A program made the translations under genes and the position numbers. 43,675 nucleotides of DNA, taken from assembly GCF_001194135.2 (NCBI RefSeq), contig NC_069006.1:12593764-12637438 (forward strand), in the 5' to 3' direction. The DNA comes from Octopus bimaculoides. Lineage: Eukaryota. Below the pieces are notes generated by a model. The model was not told the origin of the DNA and ran no database searches. It saw nothing but the letters and a program-made list of their open reading frames with translations. Shown piece by piece: positions 11,232 to 23,839 of this stretch (position 1 is the first letter of the stretch; each line of letters starts with the position of its first letter).

Positions 11232-11814
11232 TTTTACTTGTTTCAGTCATTATTTGACTGCGGCCATGCTGGAGCACTGCCTTTTAGTCGAGCAAATCGA
11301 CCCCAGGACTTATTCTTTGGAAGCCTAGTACTTATTCTATCGATCTCTTTTGCCGAACCGCTAAGTTACGGGGACGTCAACACACCATCGGTTGTCAAGT
11401 GATGTTGGGGGGACAAACACAAACACACACACACACACACACACACANNNNNNNNNNNNNNNNNNNNNNNNNNNNNNNNNNNNNNNNNNNNNNNNNNNNN
11501 NNNNNNNNNNNNNNNNNNNNNNNNNNNNNNNNNNNNNNNNNNNNNNNNNNNNNNNNNNNNNNNNNNNNNNNNNNNNNNNNNNNNNNNNNNNNNNNNNNNN
11601 NNNNNNNNNNNNNNNNNNNNNNNNNNNNNNNNNNNNNNNACATACATATATACGACAGGCTTCTTTCAGTTTCCGTCTACCAAATCCACTCACAAGGCTT
11701 TGGTCTGCCCAAGGCTATAGTAGAAGACACTTGCCCAAGGTGCCACGCAGTGGGAATGAACCCGGAACCATGTGGTTGGTAAGCAAGCTACTTACCACAC
11801 AGCCACTCTTGCAC
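11232..11814 (-). mobile_element. CORE-type SINE, young full-length copy with an internal gap
   Basis: CpG-rich consensus-like sequence on both sides of the N-run 11448-11639, which falls in the internal (CA)n. Confidence 0.9.
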
Positions 11815-12169
11815 TTATTTAATAATTTTTTTATAATTTCATAGTTAAATGCTTATACACTCCATTTTTAGAGTAAAATTTATAAATTATCATTAAATTT
11901 AACTTACATTGAAAATCAACAAACAAAGTTTGCTTTAGAAGCGTTGAGAAAGATACAGATAAGGAAATAATTTTATTCTCAAACGCAGGTTGATGCTAAT
12001 AATATAGCAGGAACAGGATGAAATGTCCAGATTTTGCAGAAAAATCTGTCGGCAGCCAGCCATGAGACTCAAACTCACATCCCTGTGCTAGGCATAACAA
12101 CTACTTAAAGTGGGGAGGGGGGTTGCTATAAAAAAAATTAGTAAGAAGCACTGCATTAGATGGTTGCGA

Positions 12170-12375
12170 ATTATTTGTGTGGTTGTGTCTTTGTGTCCAT
12201 GTTTGTCCTGGTTTTGGTGTGTTTATGTCCCCATAACTTAGCAGTTTGGTAAATGAGACCGATTAAACAAAGTACCAGACTTTAAAATAAGTACTTAGAT
12301 CAATTTGTTCAACTAGAAACCCTTCAAGGTGGTGCCCCAGCATGGCTGCAGTCCATTGACAAACAAATAAAAGAT
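12170..12375 (+). mobile_element. CORE-type SINE, 3' half
   Basis: Matches the tail of 20825-21285. Confidence 0.7.
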
Positions 12376-13432
12376 AAATACAACAGGTTTTTATAATTTC
12401 CATCTTCCAAATTTCAGTTGGCATTGATTGACCCAAGCTTTTAGTAGAGATTTCCACATAATGTCCTGCAGTGGGATTGAACCAGAAACTGCAGGACTGT
12501 AAATTGACCTTCTTAACTCCATGCTTGTTACTTATGTGTCTGAAGATTCAATCATGGGATAGTAAACGATGAACATAAGATTGTGGTTGGTGCAGTGTGG
12601 GCAGCAAGACTGTGGCAATGCAGAGTGCAAGACAGGGGTGGCACAGTGTGGGTAGTGAGACAGTGGTGCTGTAACATGGGTGGTGGTGCAGTGTAAGTAG
12701 TGAGACGGCAGGGCATTCACTGTGGCATTCATTTTGGCTCTTCATGTTCTGACTCAACTTTGCTTTTCATCTTTTTGATAAAGGCAAAGTTTTGATGCAG
12801 CTGATAAGATACCACTGAAGCAGTAGGGTTGATGGCATCAGCTAACCTCCTCCTCCTCCTCCTTCTCCCGAAAATTGCTGGCCTTGTGCCTGAATTAGAA
12901 ACTGTTATGACACTGTTCTGAACCATGGGTTGTGAAAGAGTGATGTAGTGAGGATGTTGCATTGCAATGAACATAGTGTATTGGTGTGCTGCTAATGAAA
13001 CAGTGGAATATAGTAAAGGTTGTAATATTGTGTAGTGTAGTGTAGCTGATGAAAGAGTTGTGTGGTAAACATTATAAGATTGTAGTGTGGGTAGTGAAAC
13101 TGGGTGTATACAGAATGATATAATAAAATAAACATTTTATAGAATGCCATGTGATTAGTTGACGGTACACAAGTGTTTATAAATAGTGTAAATAAAAGTT
13201 GAACTAGTGTACATATGTCTAACACATGTATTTGAAACAAACATTAGTGGTGTGTTGAGGGACATCCAAACCGTAAATTGCAAATGTTTTTTAATGAAAT
13301 AGATTGCATTTTTAAAATTATGTATGTATACATATGTTTGTGTGTGTGTATGGAACAAACAGGAGAAATAGAACTCGAGAATATATAAATATTTTTTGTT
13401 GGCTGTAAGACTTAAAGGCCAATAGTTTGGTG

Positions 13433-13469
<37 letters not shown>

Positions 13470-13849
13470 GTTGATTTTATTGTGGGTAATGAAACCTGGT
13501 GATAGAAAACAGCTGTGATTTGAAGATTTAATAATCAAAAGGGGAAAGGATCAGGCAGTGTTACAACCATTGAGTTGTAGCCCTAGATAAGGTATATCAC
13601 TCGCTTCTGTTAATCCTAATCTGGCCCCTAAACACTGCTCTAAAACTAGTTTCCACTCCCACCCTTCTGGGGTTGTTGTGTTCGTATGCTACATAAGCAT
13701 GTAAAAGGCAAAGATTTGTTTTGTTTCTTAAAGATGTGTTTATTATTGTTGCTGTTCAGCCACACACACACACACACACACACACTAGAAGAGCTTGCAA
13801 TAACCTAAGTAATTCCTGATGATATATACATGTATATATATATATATAT

Positions 13850-14017
13850 CATCATCATACATGTATATATATCATCATGATGCTGGTATGGGTTGAACAG
13901 TTTGATTGAATTTGACAGGTCAAAAGACCGTGTTGAGCTCTGTGGACTGTTTTTGGCATGGTTTCTGTAGCTGGATGTCCTTCCTAACTCCAATCACTTT
14001 ACAGAGTGTACTTGGTG

Positions 14018-14056
<39 letters not shown>

Positions 14057-14110
14057 GGCACAAGTGGAATTGCCAAGTATCTGCTAAATAGCTTGCAAGT
14101 CAAGGCCTCT
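13850..14110 (-). mobile_element. RTE-tailed SINE, old copy
   Basis: Contains CATGCTGGTATGGGTTGAA and CTGGATGTCCTTCCTAACTCCAA motifs. Confidence 0.7.
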
Positions 14111-14303
14111 TGATTGAGGGGTGTGTAGTATTGAGTGAGGTGACCTATGCCACATGTTGAGAGGCAAGGGTATGATAGGAACAAGTGTCTTGTGTAGGGA
14201 AGATACATGGCTACTCCAACTGGAAAAGGAGAGATGGTGGTGATGCAAATACATCTTAAAATTATTATACATTCATATATGTAAATTATGTATACACACA
14301 CAC

Positions 14304-14338
<35 letters not shown>

Positions 14339-14344
<6 letters not shown>

Positions 14345-14537
14345 TCCCCAAAAATGAAGAACAAACATACCAAGGAAAAAACAACAACACAAGGACGTGG
14401 TACATGCAAAGTATTAGCAGACGCTCAGGGAAGGAAAGAAAGGTAGTTTTATGTTTCGAGCAAAGCTCTTCTTCAGAAACAGGAGACGGAGGAAAGTCCA
14501 AGAGAAAAGGAAGACGGAAGGGAAAAATGCCAGTGAA
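14339..14537 (-). mobile_element. Penelope-like/retrozyme-like short element carrying a minimal hammerhead motif
   Basis: Homologous to 27757-27899 (GGACGTG..AGTATT..GACGCTCAGG.AAGGAAAG..GTTTCG.GC); bounded by (TA)n on the left and a short TA/TG tract on the right. Confidence 0.65.
14446..14480 (-). ncRNA. Minimal type I hammerhead ribozyme motif (one core-adjacent mutation)
   Basis: GTTT-CTGAAGA-A-GAGC-TTT-GCTC-GAAAC-AT-A-AAAC: stem I of 4 bp, CUGANGA, stem II of 4 bp, GAAA, and a UA cleavage site. ACAT replaces the usual palindromic ACGT. Confidence 0.7.
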
Positions 14538-14924
14538 TATGTGTGTGTGTGTGTAAATTAATATACATTAATATATAAAGCAGTCACCAACGTATATTAT
14601 GTGGTGAAGTGAAGAAACAAGAAATATTAAGTTCAATTACAGCTGTCGTAAGAAGATATTTATTAAGTCAATAACTAACTCCAATCAAGGAAGGCAAAGA
14701 AGGCAACTTCTGAATTTATATTACCATCAACTATAGACTACAGTGGGGAGGAAGAAGAGTGTGTCTGATAAATGGCAGTAGTGATAACTCAAGACATGTT
14801 TCTGTCTTATTGGACTGCATCAGTGAGGCTATTCTAAGTACAAGGTCTTAAAATGGCTAAACATATAAAAGACTTTTGTGAATGTACAGTGGATGGTGTG
14901 ATGAATGACTGGAAATTAGTTTAT

Positions 14925-15385
14925 CAAACCTAAGGCTAGGACTAAGAGGCTGTGTCTATTTTGTCAGATCAAGACATGGTCTAACTGTAACTATTTTGTC
15001 AAATCAAGACATGGTCTAACTGTAACTATTTTGTCAAATCTACCAAGACAGGTAGCAACTTGATGTGTCAATTGGATCAAACCTAGGACAAGACTAACTG
15101 GGTGTGTCTTTTATGAAACCTACCAAAACAGGGTCTAACTGGGTGTGTCTAATTTATCAAGCTTACTAAGGACCAATTGGATGTGTCTATTTTGTCAAAC
15201 CTACCAAAATGGACTAACTGGGTGTATCCTTTTATCAAATCTAAAACAGGGTCTAAGTAGGTGTGTCTATTTTATGGAAACTAAAACAGGGACTAACTGG
15301 GTGTGTTTCTTTTGTCAAACCAACTAAGCCAGAGACTAAATGGTTGCGTCTATTTTATGAAACCTAAAAAACTTGGTGTCTCGAT
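14925..15385. repeat. Degenerate 35-43 bp minisatellite, about 12 units
   Basis: Approximate consensus TTTTGTCAAACCTACCAAAACAGGGTCTAACTGGGTGTGTCTA. Confidence 0.85.
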
Positions 15386-17552
15386 AACTTTTTCAGTCTT
15401 TAATCAGTTTTTTTGTTTTGCATGTTTGAAAGCAAAGTTTTAATTGATAATTATCTAGTTAATTAGTGGTGTGAGTGAGAAAGAGGAAGATAGATAGAAA
15501 GAGAGATAAGGACCAAAACTGATCTGTTGTAAACCATTCCACCAGATGGTGGAGAAGTGTGGTGGTGGTGATGATGGTAGGGTACAATGGTGTGGTGTTG
15601 TGGAGCAGCGATGATTATATGTCTGACTCTGGCATTACTATGTTTTTCTGACTTTACTAACTACACGGCTTCTCTCTCCCCCCTGTCCCTCCTGTAGAGA
15701 TTACGGGTGGGTAGGTGGGGAGACTAATGATGTATGGGTGTGGATATAAGCTATCAAGTAACAATCTGAAGTTCTGATCAGGTATGCATATATTTGTGGG
15801 TATCTGTGTGTATACATATGTGTGTGCGTGTGTGTATGTGTTTGTGTATTTACATACACATTCACTCATGTATGTGATGTATATATATATATACACATGC
15901 ATACATTCATACACACACACACATAGCCTTGCACACATGCTGGGTTTTCCTCTTCCTGATTTCGGGTGGCTGGGAGGGGGGTTGTTACCTACCCACTATT
16001 CCCACCTCATGTCATCTCTCTCTCTCTCCCCAAACCCCCAAGTAATATGTGACTCCCCCCCCCGTACCTCTCTTTCCCACCCCCTGCCCACTCCCTCTAT
16101 CTCATCCTGTCTCCTACTCTTCTCCATCTCCCCATTACCCATCCCTCCCATNNNNNNNNNNNNNNNNNNNNNNNNNNNNNNNNNNNNNNNNNNNNNNNNN
16201 NNNNNNNNNNNNNNNNNNNNNNNNNNNNNNNNNNNNNNNNNNNNNNNNNNNNNNNNNNNNNNNNNNNNNNNNNNNNNNNNNNNNNNNNNNNNNNNNNNNN
16301 NNNNNNNNNNNNNNNNNNNNNNNNNNNNNNNNNNNNNNNNNNNNNNNNNNNNNNNNNNNNNNNNNNNNNNNNNNNNNNNNNNNNNNNNNNNNNNNNNNNN
16401 NNNNNNNNNNNNNNNNNNNNNNNNNNNNNNNNNNNNNNNNNNNNNNNNNNNNNNNNNNNNNNNNNNNNNNNNNNNNNNNNNNNNNNNNNNNNNNNNNNNN
16501 NNNNNNNNNNNNNNNNNNNNNNNNNNNNNNNNNNNNNNNNNNNNNNNNNNNNNNNNNNNNNNNNNNNNNNNNNNNNNNNNNNNNNNNNNNNNNNNNNNNN
16601 NNNNNNNNNNNNNNNNNNNNNNNNNNNNNNNNNNNNNNNNNNNNNNNNNNNNNNNNNNNNNNNNNNNNNNNNNNNNNNNNNNNNNNNNNNNNNNNNNNNN
16701 NNNNNNNNNNNNNNNNNNNNNNNNNNNNNNNNNNNNNNNNNNNNNNNNNNNNNNNNNNNNNNNNNNNNNNNNNNNNNNNNNNNNNNNNNNNNNNNNNNNN
16801 NNNNNNNNNNNNNNNNNNNNNNNNNNNNNNNNNNNNNNNNNNNNNNNNNNNNNNNNNNNNNNNNNNNNNNNNNNNNNNNNNNNNNNNNNNNNNNNNNNNN
16901 NNNNNNNNNNNNNNNNNNNNNNNNNNNNNNNNNNNNNNNNNNNNNNNNNNNNNNNNNNNNNNNNNNNNNNNNNNNNNNNNNNNNNNNNNNNNNNNNNNNN
17001 NGGGGAGTTCCCTCTTAGGAATTTGCCATAAATGGCACCTTCCATCTGTAATAGATCTGATGTCGGGTAGGGCCGGAGAATGGGGAGGGTCTACACACAC
17101 ACATCTTTTCGTTTCCCTTGGGGGAGGTGATCTGCTCTATCACCACCACCATCATCATCATGTCAGCTTTTGTTGAATAATTCACACCTCTCTCCCACTA
17201 TTCTCTCCATTCGTCCATCACACATACATTCTTATATACACTGATACACACACACACATCACATATTCATAAATACATACACACAAGCATACAAACACAT
17301 ACACAGTCCCATACATACCATTAGATGTATGCACACGCACACACATGCCCACAAACTTGCACATGTATACACCAAACATATACATTCATGTACATGTTCA
17401 CCCCCCCCCACACACACACACTCACATACATGTATACATACACACACACACATTTATACACAGTTCTGAGATTTCTTCCTCTGATAATTTCTTTTCATAG
17501 TTAGAAAGGGGACAACTGAAAACTCATTTGGAAATATGATTACTATAGATAC

Positions 17553-17660
<108 letters not shown>

Positions 17661-17914
17661 ACATACAATGTGTGTATGTATGTGTGAGAGGGGGTGAACT
17701 TGTGTGTGGGTGTCTATTGTAAATTTCGCGCCGCCTTTATTATGTTACATATACCATAGAGTGAAGTAAGCTATATATAGCCAAATATATATATATATAT
17801 ACCATATATAGAAGTAGGTGAATGTGTGTGTGTGTGTGTGTGTGTGTATTGTAACTTTTGCTTGTCTTCATTATATGTACTGTGTACACACACACACACA
17901 CACACAATCTCAAT

Positions 17915-18030
17915 TTGACATCCACCTTTCCATGCTTGCATGGGTCAAACGGAATTTGCTGAAGCAGATTTTCTGTGTCCAGATACCCTTTCTATTATTG
18001 CCAACCCTTGCCAGTTTCCAAGCAACTGAA
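17915..18030 (-). mobile_element. RTE-tailed SINE variant, 3' fragment
   Basis: GACATCCACCTTTCCATGCTTGCATGGGTCAAACGG matches the reverse complement of the 31600-31850 tail. Confidence 0.7.
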
Positions 18031-18641
18031 CATGTCTTCTGAACATGGAGAGCACAACAACCGGACATTATTTCATAGATTTTGAATCAACAGCACCATT
18101 TTTGTGTTATGTTTGTTTCTTTACAATGTCAAGACATGAACCTATGGATACCCAAACTTACACTAATACACATGTACTTAACCTCACTCTCTCTTTTTTT
18201 TTCTTCTTAGTATTTTATATTCCTATTTTATTTTATTTTATTATTTCATTTTTGTTATGTTTTTTTATTGTATTGTTTTTAACCACCAACTTAACACTAC
18301 ACACTGAATTGTGGCAAGGTATGGACGGATTCCGGAGTACCGAGAAAATTATGTATAAATATATCAAATTAAGAATTCTACGAGGTATGGTACAATGCAA
18401 AATACCAAACGGAACCTCACCTCTTATATCTCATCTTTCTTCCTCCTTTAACGCCTATGTGATATAATTCTTGGGAGAGAATACATAAATATTTGGCTGA
18501 AGATAGCTTTATATTGTCAATTATACACTGATGTAGCAACTATAAAACTATAAAGCTTGAAACACATGTACCGCAGAATCCTTTGTGTTTTTGTTTTTAT
18601 TTTTGCATTTACAATTTATATATATATATATATATATATAT

Positions 18642-19036
18642 CTGGTACGTGCCATCAGTAATTACTCAGGGTAGGCAGTTGGTGACGTTTATGTAGTAAA
18701 ACGCAAAAAAAAAAAAAAGTGAAACACAGGCACATGATTGAGTTGAAGGGAGAATTAATTCTGCCTTTATAGTGTGTAAAGAAAACGTGGTTGTAGGAAT
18801 GTATGCAGCACATGTACTACTGCAGTACTGTACGTAGTTTTAGTACTGAAATTGGACAGCGAGGGCAAATTATGCCTACAAAATCTTTTGCATTTTATGC
18901 ATACTAATCAGTGTAACCTTCATAATTTTATTGAATTAGGTGCATATTTTGCCATAAAAGGAAAATGTTGCTATCGATTTATTTTATTCGGGGCAAGCAC
19001 TGCTTACCTTGCCTACCCAGGCAGCATGTCCCTGAT
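18642..19036. mobile_element. Possible diverged hAT-like MITE between two (TA)n tracts
   Basis: The right end read inward is CAGGGACATGCTGCC-TGGGTAGGCA; the left end is CTGGTACGTGCCATC...AGGGTAGGCA (9/15 terminal identity plus an inverted GGGTAGGCA). Confidence 0.35.
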
Positions 19037-19046
19037 ATATATATAT

Positions 19047-19339
19047 ATCATCATCATCATCGTTTAACGTCCGCTTTCCATGCTAGCATGGGTTGGACGA
19101 TTTGACTGAGGACTGGTGAAACCGGATGGCAACACCAGGCTCCAGTCTAATTTGGCAGAGTTTCTACAGCTGGATGCCCTTCCTAACGCCAACCACTCAG
19201 AGAGTGTAGTGGGTGCTTTTACGTGCCACTGGCACGAAGGCCAGTCAGGCGGTACTGGCCACAGCCACGTTCAAAATGGTGTATTTTATGTGCCACCTGC
19301 ACAAGAGCCAGTCCAAAGGCACTGGCAATGATCTCGCTC
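19047..19339 (-). mobile_element. RTE-tailed SINE, young copy running into a gap
   Basis: Near-identical to 35775-36075 and 43525-43675. Confidence 0.9.
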
Positions 19340-20824
19340 NNNNNNNNNNNNNNNNNNNNNNNNNNNNNNNNNNNNNNNNNNNNNNNNNNNNNNNNNNNNN
19401 NNNNNNNNNNNNNNNNNNNNNNNNNNNNNNNNNNNNNNNNNNNNNNNNNNNNNNNNNNNNNNNNNNNNNNNNNNNNNNNNNNNNNNNNNNNNNNNNNNNN
19501 NNNNNNNNNNNNNNNNNNNNNNNNNNNNNNNNNNNNNNNNNNNNNNNNNNNNNNNNNNNNNNNNNNNNNNNNNNNNNNNNNNNNNNNNNNNNNNNNNNNN
19601 NNNNNNNNNNNNNNNNNNNNNNNNNNNNNNNNNNNNNNNNNNNNNNNNNNNNNNNNNNNNNNNNNNNNNNNNNNNNNNNNNNNNNNNNNNNNNNNNNNNN
19701 NNNNNNNNNNNNNNNNNNNNNNNNNNNNNNNNNNNNNNNNNNNNNNNNNNNNNNNNNNNNNNNNNNNNNNNNNNNNNNNNNNNNNNNNNNNNNNNNNNNN
19801 NNNNNNNNNNNNNNNNNNNNNNNNNNNNNNNNNNNNNNNNNNNNNNNNNNNNNNNNNNNNNNNNNNNNNNNNNNNNNNNNNNNNNNNNNNNNNNNNNNNN
19901 NNNNNNNNNNNNNNNNNNNNNNNNNNNNNNNNNNNNNNNNNNNNNNNNNNNNNNNNNNNNNNNNNNNNNNNNNNNNNNNNNNNNNNNNNNNNNNNNNNNN
20001 NNNNNNNNNNNNNNNNNNNNNNNNNNNNNNNNNNNNNNNNNNNNNNNNNNNNNNNNNNNNNNNNNNNNNNNNNNNNNNNNNNNNNNNNNNNNNNNNNNNN
20101 NNNNNNNNNNNNNNNNNNNNNNNNNNNNNNNNNNNNNNNNNNNNNNNNNNNNNNNNNNNNNNNNNNNNNNNNNNNNNNNNNNNNNNNNNNNNNNNNNNNN
20201 NNNNNNNNNNNNNNNNNNNNNNNNNNNNNNNNNNNNNNNNNNNNNNNNNNNNNNNNNNNNNNNNNNNNNNNNNNNNNNNNNNNNNNNNNNNNNNNNNNNN
20301 NNNNNNNNNNNNNNNNNNNNNTAATCATCCCTTCATCCATTATAAATAACATGTATATTATATACAAAAAACATCTTACATAAATTATCATTGTTTTAAA
20401 TTATCATTGTTTTAAATTATCATTGTTTTAAATACAATTTGAACGAAGTTTAAGTTTAAAATAATAATGAAGATAAAATTAGTACATATTTAACCGGTGT
20501 TATAGTTAAAGCTATACTATTTAAAGCTAAAGACGTTTATTTAATTATAATTAAAAATCTATTGAATAATAGAAAATACAAGATTATTTATTTCTACAAA
20601 CGTAATAATAAAAATATGAATGAAAAAATTATGAATGGAAAAATTATATATATATATATGCTCACATTCCAAAAGCTATTATTTAGCTTTTATATTGTTA
20701 TAATATAACATTATAAAAGGTGGTATTTGTTGTCAGAGGTAGCTTAGCATAATGGTACAGAGCGCTTGAGTGGCACAGAATTTGATTCTCTGTAGTGGCT
20801 TGCTGTATCTTGTGTTCAAAATTT

Positions 20825-21285
20825 CCTGGCAGTTCGGTAAGAAGCTCATTTCCCAACCACATGGTTCCAGGTTCAAGTCCCACTGTGTGGCACCTTGGAC
20901 AACTGTCTTCTTCTATAGCCTTGGACTGACCAAAGCCTTGTGAGTGGATTTGATTGACAGAAACTGAAAGAAGCCTGTCGCATGTGTGTGTGTGTGTGTG
21001 TGTGTGTCGCCATCACTTGACAACTAACGCTGGTGTGTTTATGTCCCTGTATGTGTATATATGTGTGTGTATATGTTTGTGTGTCTGTGTTTGTCCCCCC
21101 AACATCGCTTGACAACTGATGCTGGTGTGTTTATGTCCCCGTAACTTAGCAGTTCGGCAAAAGAAACTGATAGAATAAGTACTAGCCTTACAAAGAATAA
21201 GTCCTGAGGTTGATTTGCTCGACTAAAGGTGGTGCTCCAGCATGGCCATGGTCAAATGACTGAAACAAGTAAAATAATAAAAGAA
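20825..21285 (+). mobile_element. CORE-type SINE, full length
   Basis: Head (GGTTCAAGTCCC B box-like), core, (TG)n linker with a local duplication, and tail ending TGACTGAAACAAGTAAAA. Confidence 0.9.
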
Positions 21286-21998
21286 TATAAACATACACGG
21301 TGGTGCATCAGCATGGCCGCAGCTCTGAGCTGAAACTTTGAAATGAAATGAAAAATGCCAAATTATCTTCTGTAGATAGAAATAATGAAGAGTCTTAATT
21401 GATTTTCAACCTTTGTTGGGTTCTCATCAGAAGTGTTTACATCACTTGACCAATCCCAGAGAAACATGTAGCTAATCTGTTTATATACACATCAAATTTA
21501 GTAGCTCCAGTGTACTGATGCTACTAATTTACATGTTGTGATGAACACTTTATTTAATATTAGGGGTCTGTCAACAGGGAACCCTGTTCACAGAGTATCT
21601 CAGTATAAGTAAATCTACAAAGTAGACATACAAACATTCCAATTTTACCTATTTCTCCATAGGTTGAAACAATGATGAACAACATCTGCAATGGGCCTCT
21701 TTCTGTCTTTGTCTGCCAAATTCAATCACAAAGCTTTTGGCAGTCCAGAATTATTGTAGAAAATACTTCCTCAAGGTGGTATGTTGTGGGACTGAACCTG
21801 AAACAATAGGACTAACCCGGGAGGGATGAAAGAAAGGAAAGGGGCAAGGGGGAGAATATCACTCAACTAACTTGTAGCATCGGGAGAGAGTCTGAAAATA
21901 AAATGTTTGCCAAAACTCTGTGATTGGATCAGAAATGTTCTTGTAATGCTGTGTGTCAGTATCAACCATAACAGTGTTGGGAAAATGGCATGTTTATA

Positions 21999-22197
21999 TT
22001 CTTTTATTCTTTTACTTGTTTCAGTCATTTGACCGTGGCCTTGCTGGAGCACCACCTTCAGTTGAGCTAATCGACCCCAGGACTTATTCTTTGTAAGCCC
22101 AGTACTTATTCTATTGGTCTCTTTTGCCGAACCGCTAAGATACGGGAACATAAACACACCAGCATCGGTTGTCAAGCGATGTTGGGAGGACAAGCAT

Positions 22198-22237
<40 letters not shown>

Positions 22238-22441
22238 ACACACACACTCATATACACACACAAACATACACACACACACACACATACACACACACACACA
22301 CACATACGACAGGCTTCTTTCAGTTTCTGTCTACCAAATCCACTCACAAGGCTTTGGTCGGCCTGAGGCTATAATAGAAGACACTTGCCCAAGGTGCCAC
22401 ACAGTGGGACTGAACCCGGAACCTTGTGGTTGGTAAGCAAG
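21999..22441 (-). mobile_element. CORE-type SINE, nearly full length
   Basis: Reverse complement of the 20825-21285 family. Confidence 0.9.
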
Positions 22442-22659
22442 ATATATATACTGCCTTCTCAGTGCACTGAGGTTAACTGATGCTGGGGGAGAAAAACAAG
22501 ACAATGATTCTGAGAATTGTTACTAAAGGAGAGGCTTGCATGGGTGAGAGAGAAAGGGTTGGCACCTTTTGCTGTACTCAAGAAGACCCATCCTACACAG
22601 CAGAACTATTAAGGCTGCTCCCTCTGGTGAGGAGGATTGACCTGAAAGAATCCTGTGCC

Positions 22660-22855
22660 GGTCTCACATGAAAGCATTCATGTGGTGCCACATTAAAATC
22701 ACCCAGCACATACTGTAAAGTAGTTGGTGTTAGGAAGGGCATCCATCTGCAGAAACCAAGCCAAATCAGACTGGAGTCTGGTGGAGCTCTCCAGCTTGCC
22801 ATCTCCACTCAAACTGTCCAACCCATGCCAGCATTGAAAACGGGCATTAAAGGAT
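22660..22855 (+). mobile_element. RTE-tailed SINE
   Basis: GTTGGTGTTAGGAAGGGCATCCA ... GTCCAACCCATGCCAGCAT. Confidence 0.8.
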
Positions 22856-22872
22856 TTTGCTGTTTAAATTTA

Positions 22873-23075
22873 CAGTAATCTGTTGACTATCGCGGGTGTT
22901 ACATTCCAAAATCCCTAGCGATAGGTGAAAATCTGCGAAGTAGAAACAGTACTGTACTGTATATTTTTTATTATTTTTATAATTTGTATATATTTATTAT
23001 AAATGCAAAACAACATCAGAGGAATCGACAAGCTTAATTAATAAACCTCGATAGGTGAACCACGATATGGTACAT
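22873..23075 (+). mobile_element. pogo/Tigger-type MITE with a decayed right end
   Basis: TA-CAGTAATC..GACTATCGCGGG...GCGATAGGTGAAAATCTGCGAAGTAG is a typical Tc1/mariner-pogo terminus; the right-end remnant is CGATAGGTGAACCACGATAT. Confidence 0.65.
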
Positions 23076-23099
23076 GTAATAAATTAGTTAGACTTCTAC

Positions 23100-23246
23100 A
23101 ATGCACAAAATATTTTTAGAATTTTTAATGATATTTGATTATAAAAACATAATAGAGGTTTTTAAATGTCAACTGGTTATGAGTTTCCATCCTAGTAAAA
23201 TAGGAATTAAAGGGGTCCATGGGCAAAAAATGGTTGACAAACACTG
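23100..23246 (+). mobile_element. hAT-Charlie MITE, right-end fragment
   Basis: AAAGGGGTCCATGGGCAAAAAATGGTTGACAAACACTG parallels 9168-9206. Confidence 0.55.
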
Positions 23247-23839
23247 CTTTAGTAGCAGCAACAGATTAACCAGCGACTGGAGTTAACAGCTCTGCAGTTG
23301 AGAGTAATGAAGGATAGAAAGGCAGAGAAAGTAACTGGACCATCAGGGATAGTTGCTGGGATGATGCCAAAAATATCCCATCAAGTAGGCAACATGCTAA
23401 TTACTTGCAGAGTTTGAGACATTTTGGCACTGCCTATTTGGCATTACTGATTCAATGTTGACTTATTTGGCATCGGGCATTTTAAAGTTCCTCTTGTTTC
23501 CTCCCTCTCATTTTCTCTCTCCCCCTCTCTCTGTTTATATCAGTGTGAGTGTATTTCTCTTAATATGTATGAGGAGATGGAAAGTGTTTGTCATTTGTAT
23601 TCAATTAATAAATTGCAATGTCTCTTTCCTCTCCCCCTCTCTCTTCCTCCCTCTTTCTATCTTTCCCCCTCTCTGTATATGTATATTTTTGTGTCCACAC
23701 AAGTGTGTTAGCCTAAAAGTACTGTCACCAAAACAGGCCAGATTTCTGGTCAGCTGTGCCAAATCGTCTCTGCTCAAACAGCTGTACCCAATTCTCATTC
23801 TATTACTTGCATAGTTAATTAGGTAGTATGGAAATCCTC

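Noticed and set aside
14925-15385. CRISPR-like periodicity of about 40 bp
   Set aside because: Whole units are homologous, with no constant repeat plus unique spacer; the context is eukaryotic and there are no cas genes.
15587-15697. 36-codon ORF with a hydrophobic, signal-peptide-like start
   Set aside because: It is too short, stops before any usable donor, and lies in TG-rich low-complexity context.
20322-20700. Very AT-rich stretch as a possible NUMT
   Set aside because: No mitochondrial gene, tRNA or rRNA motif was recognised; only a 16-bp triplication (AATTATCATTGTTTTA) near 20383-20431 is evident.
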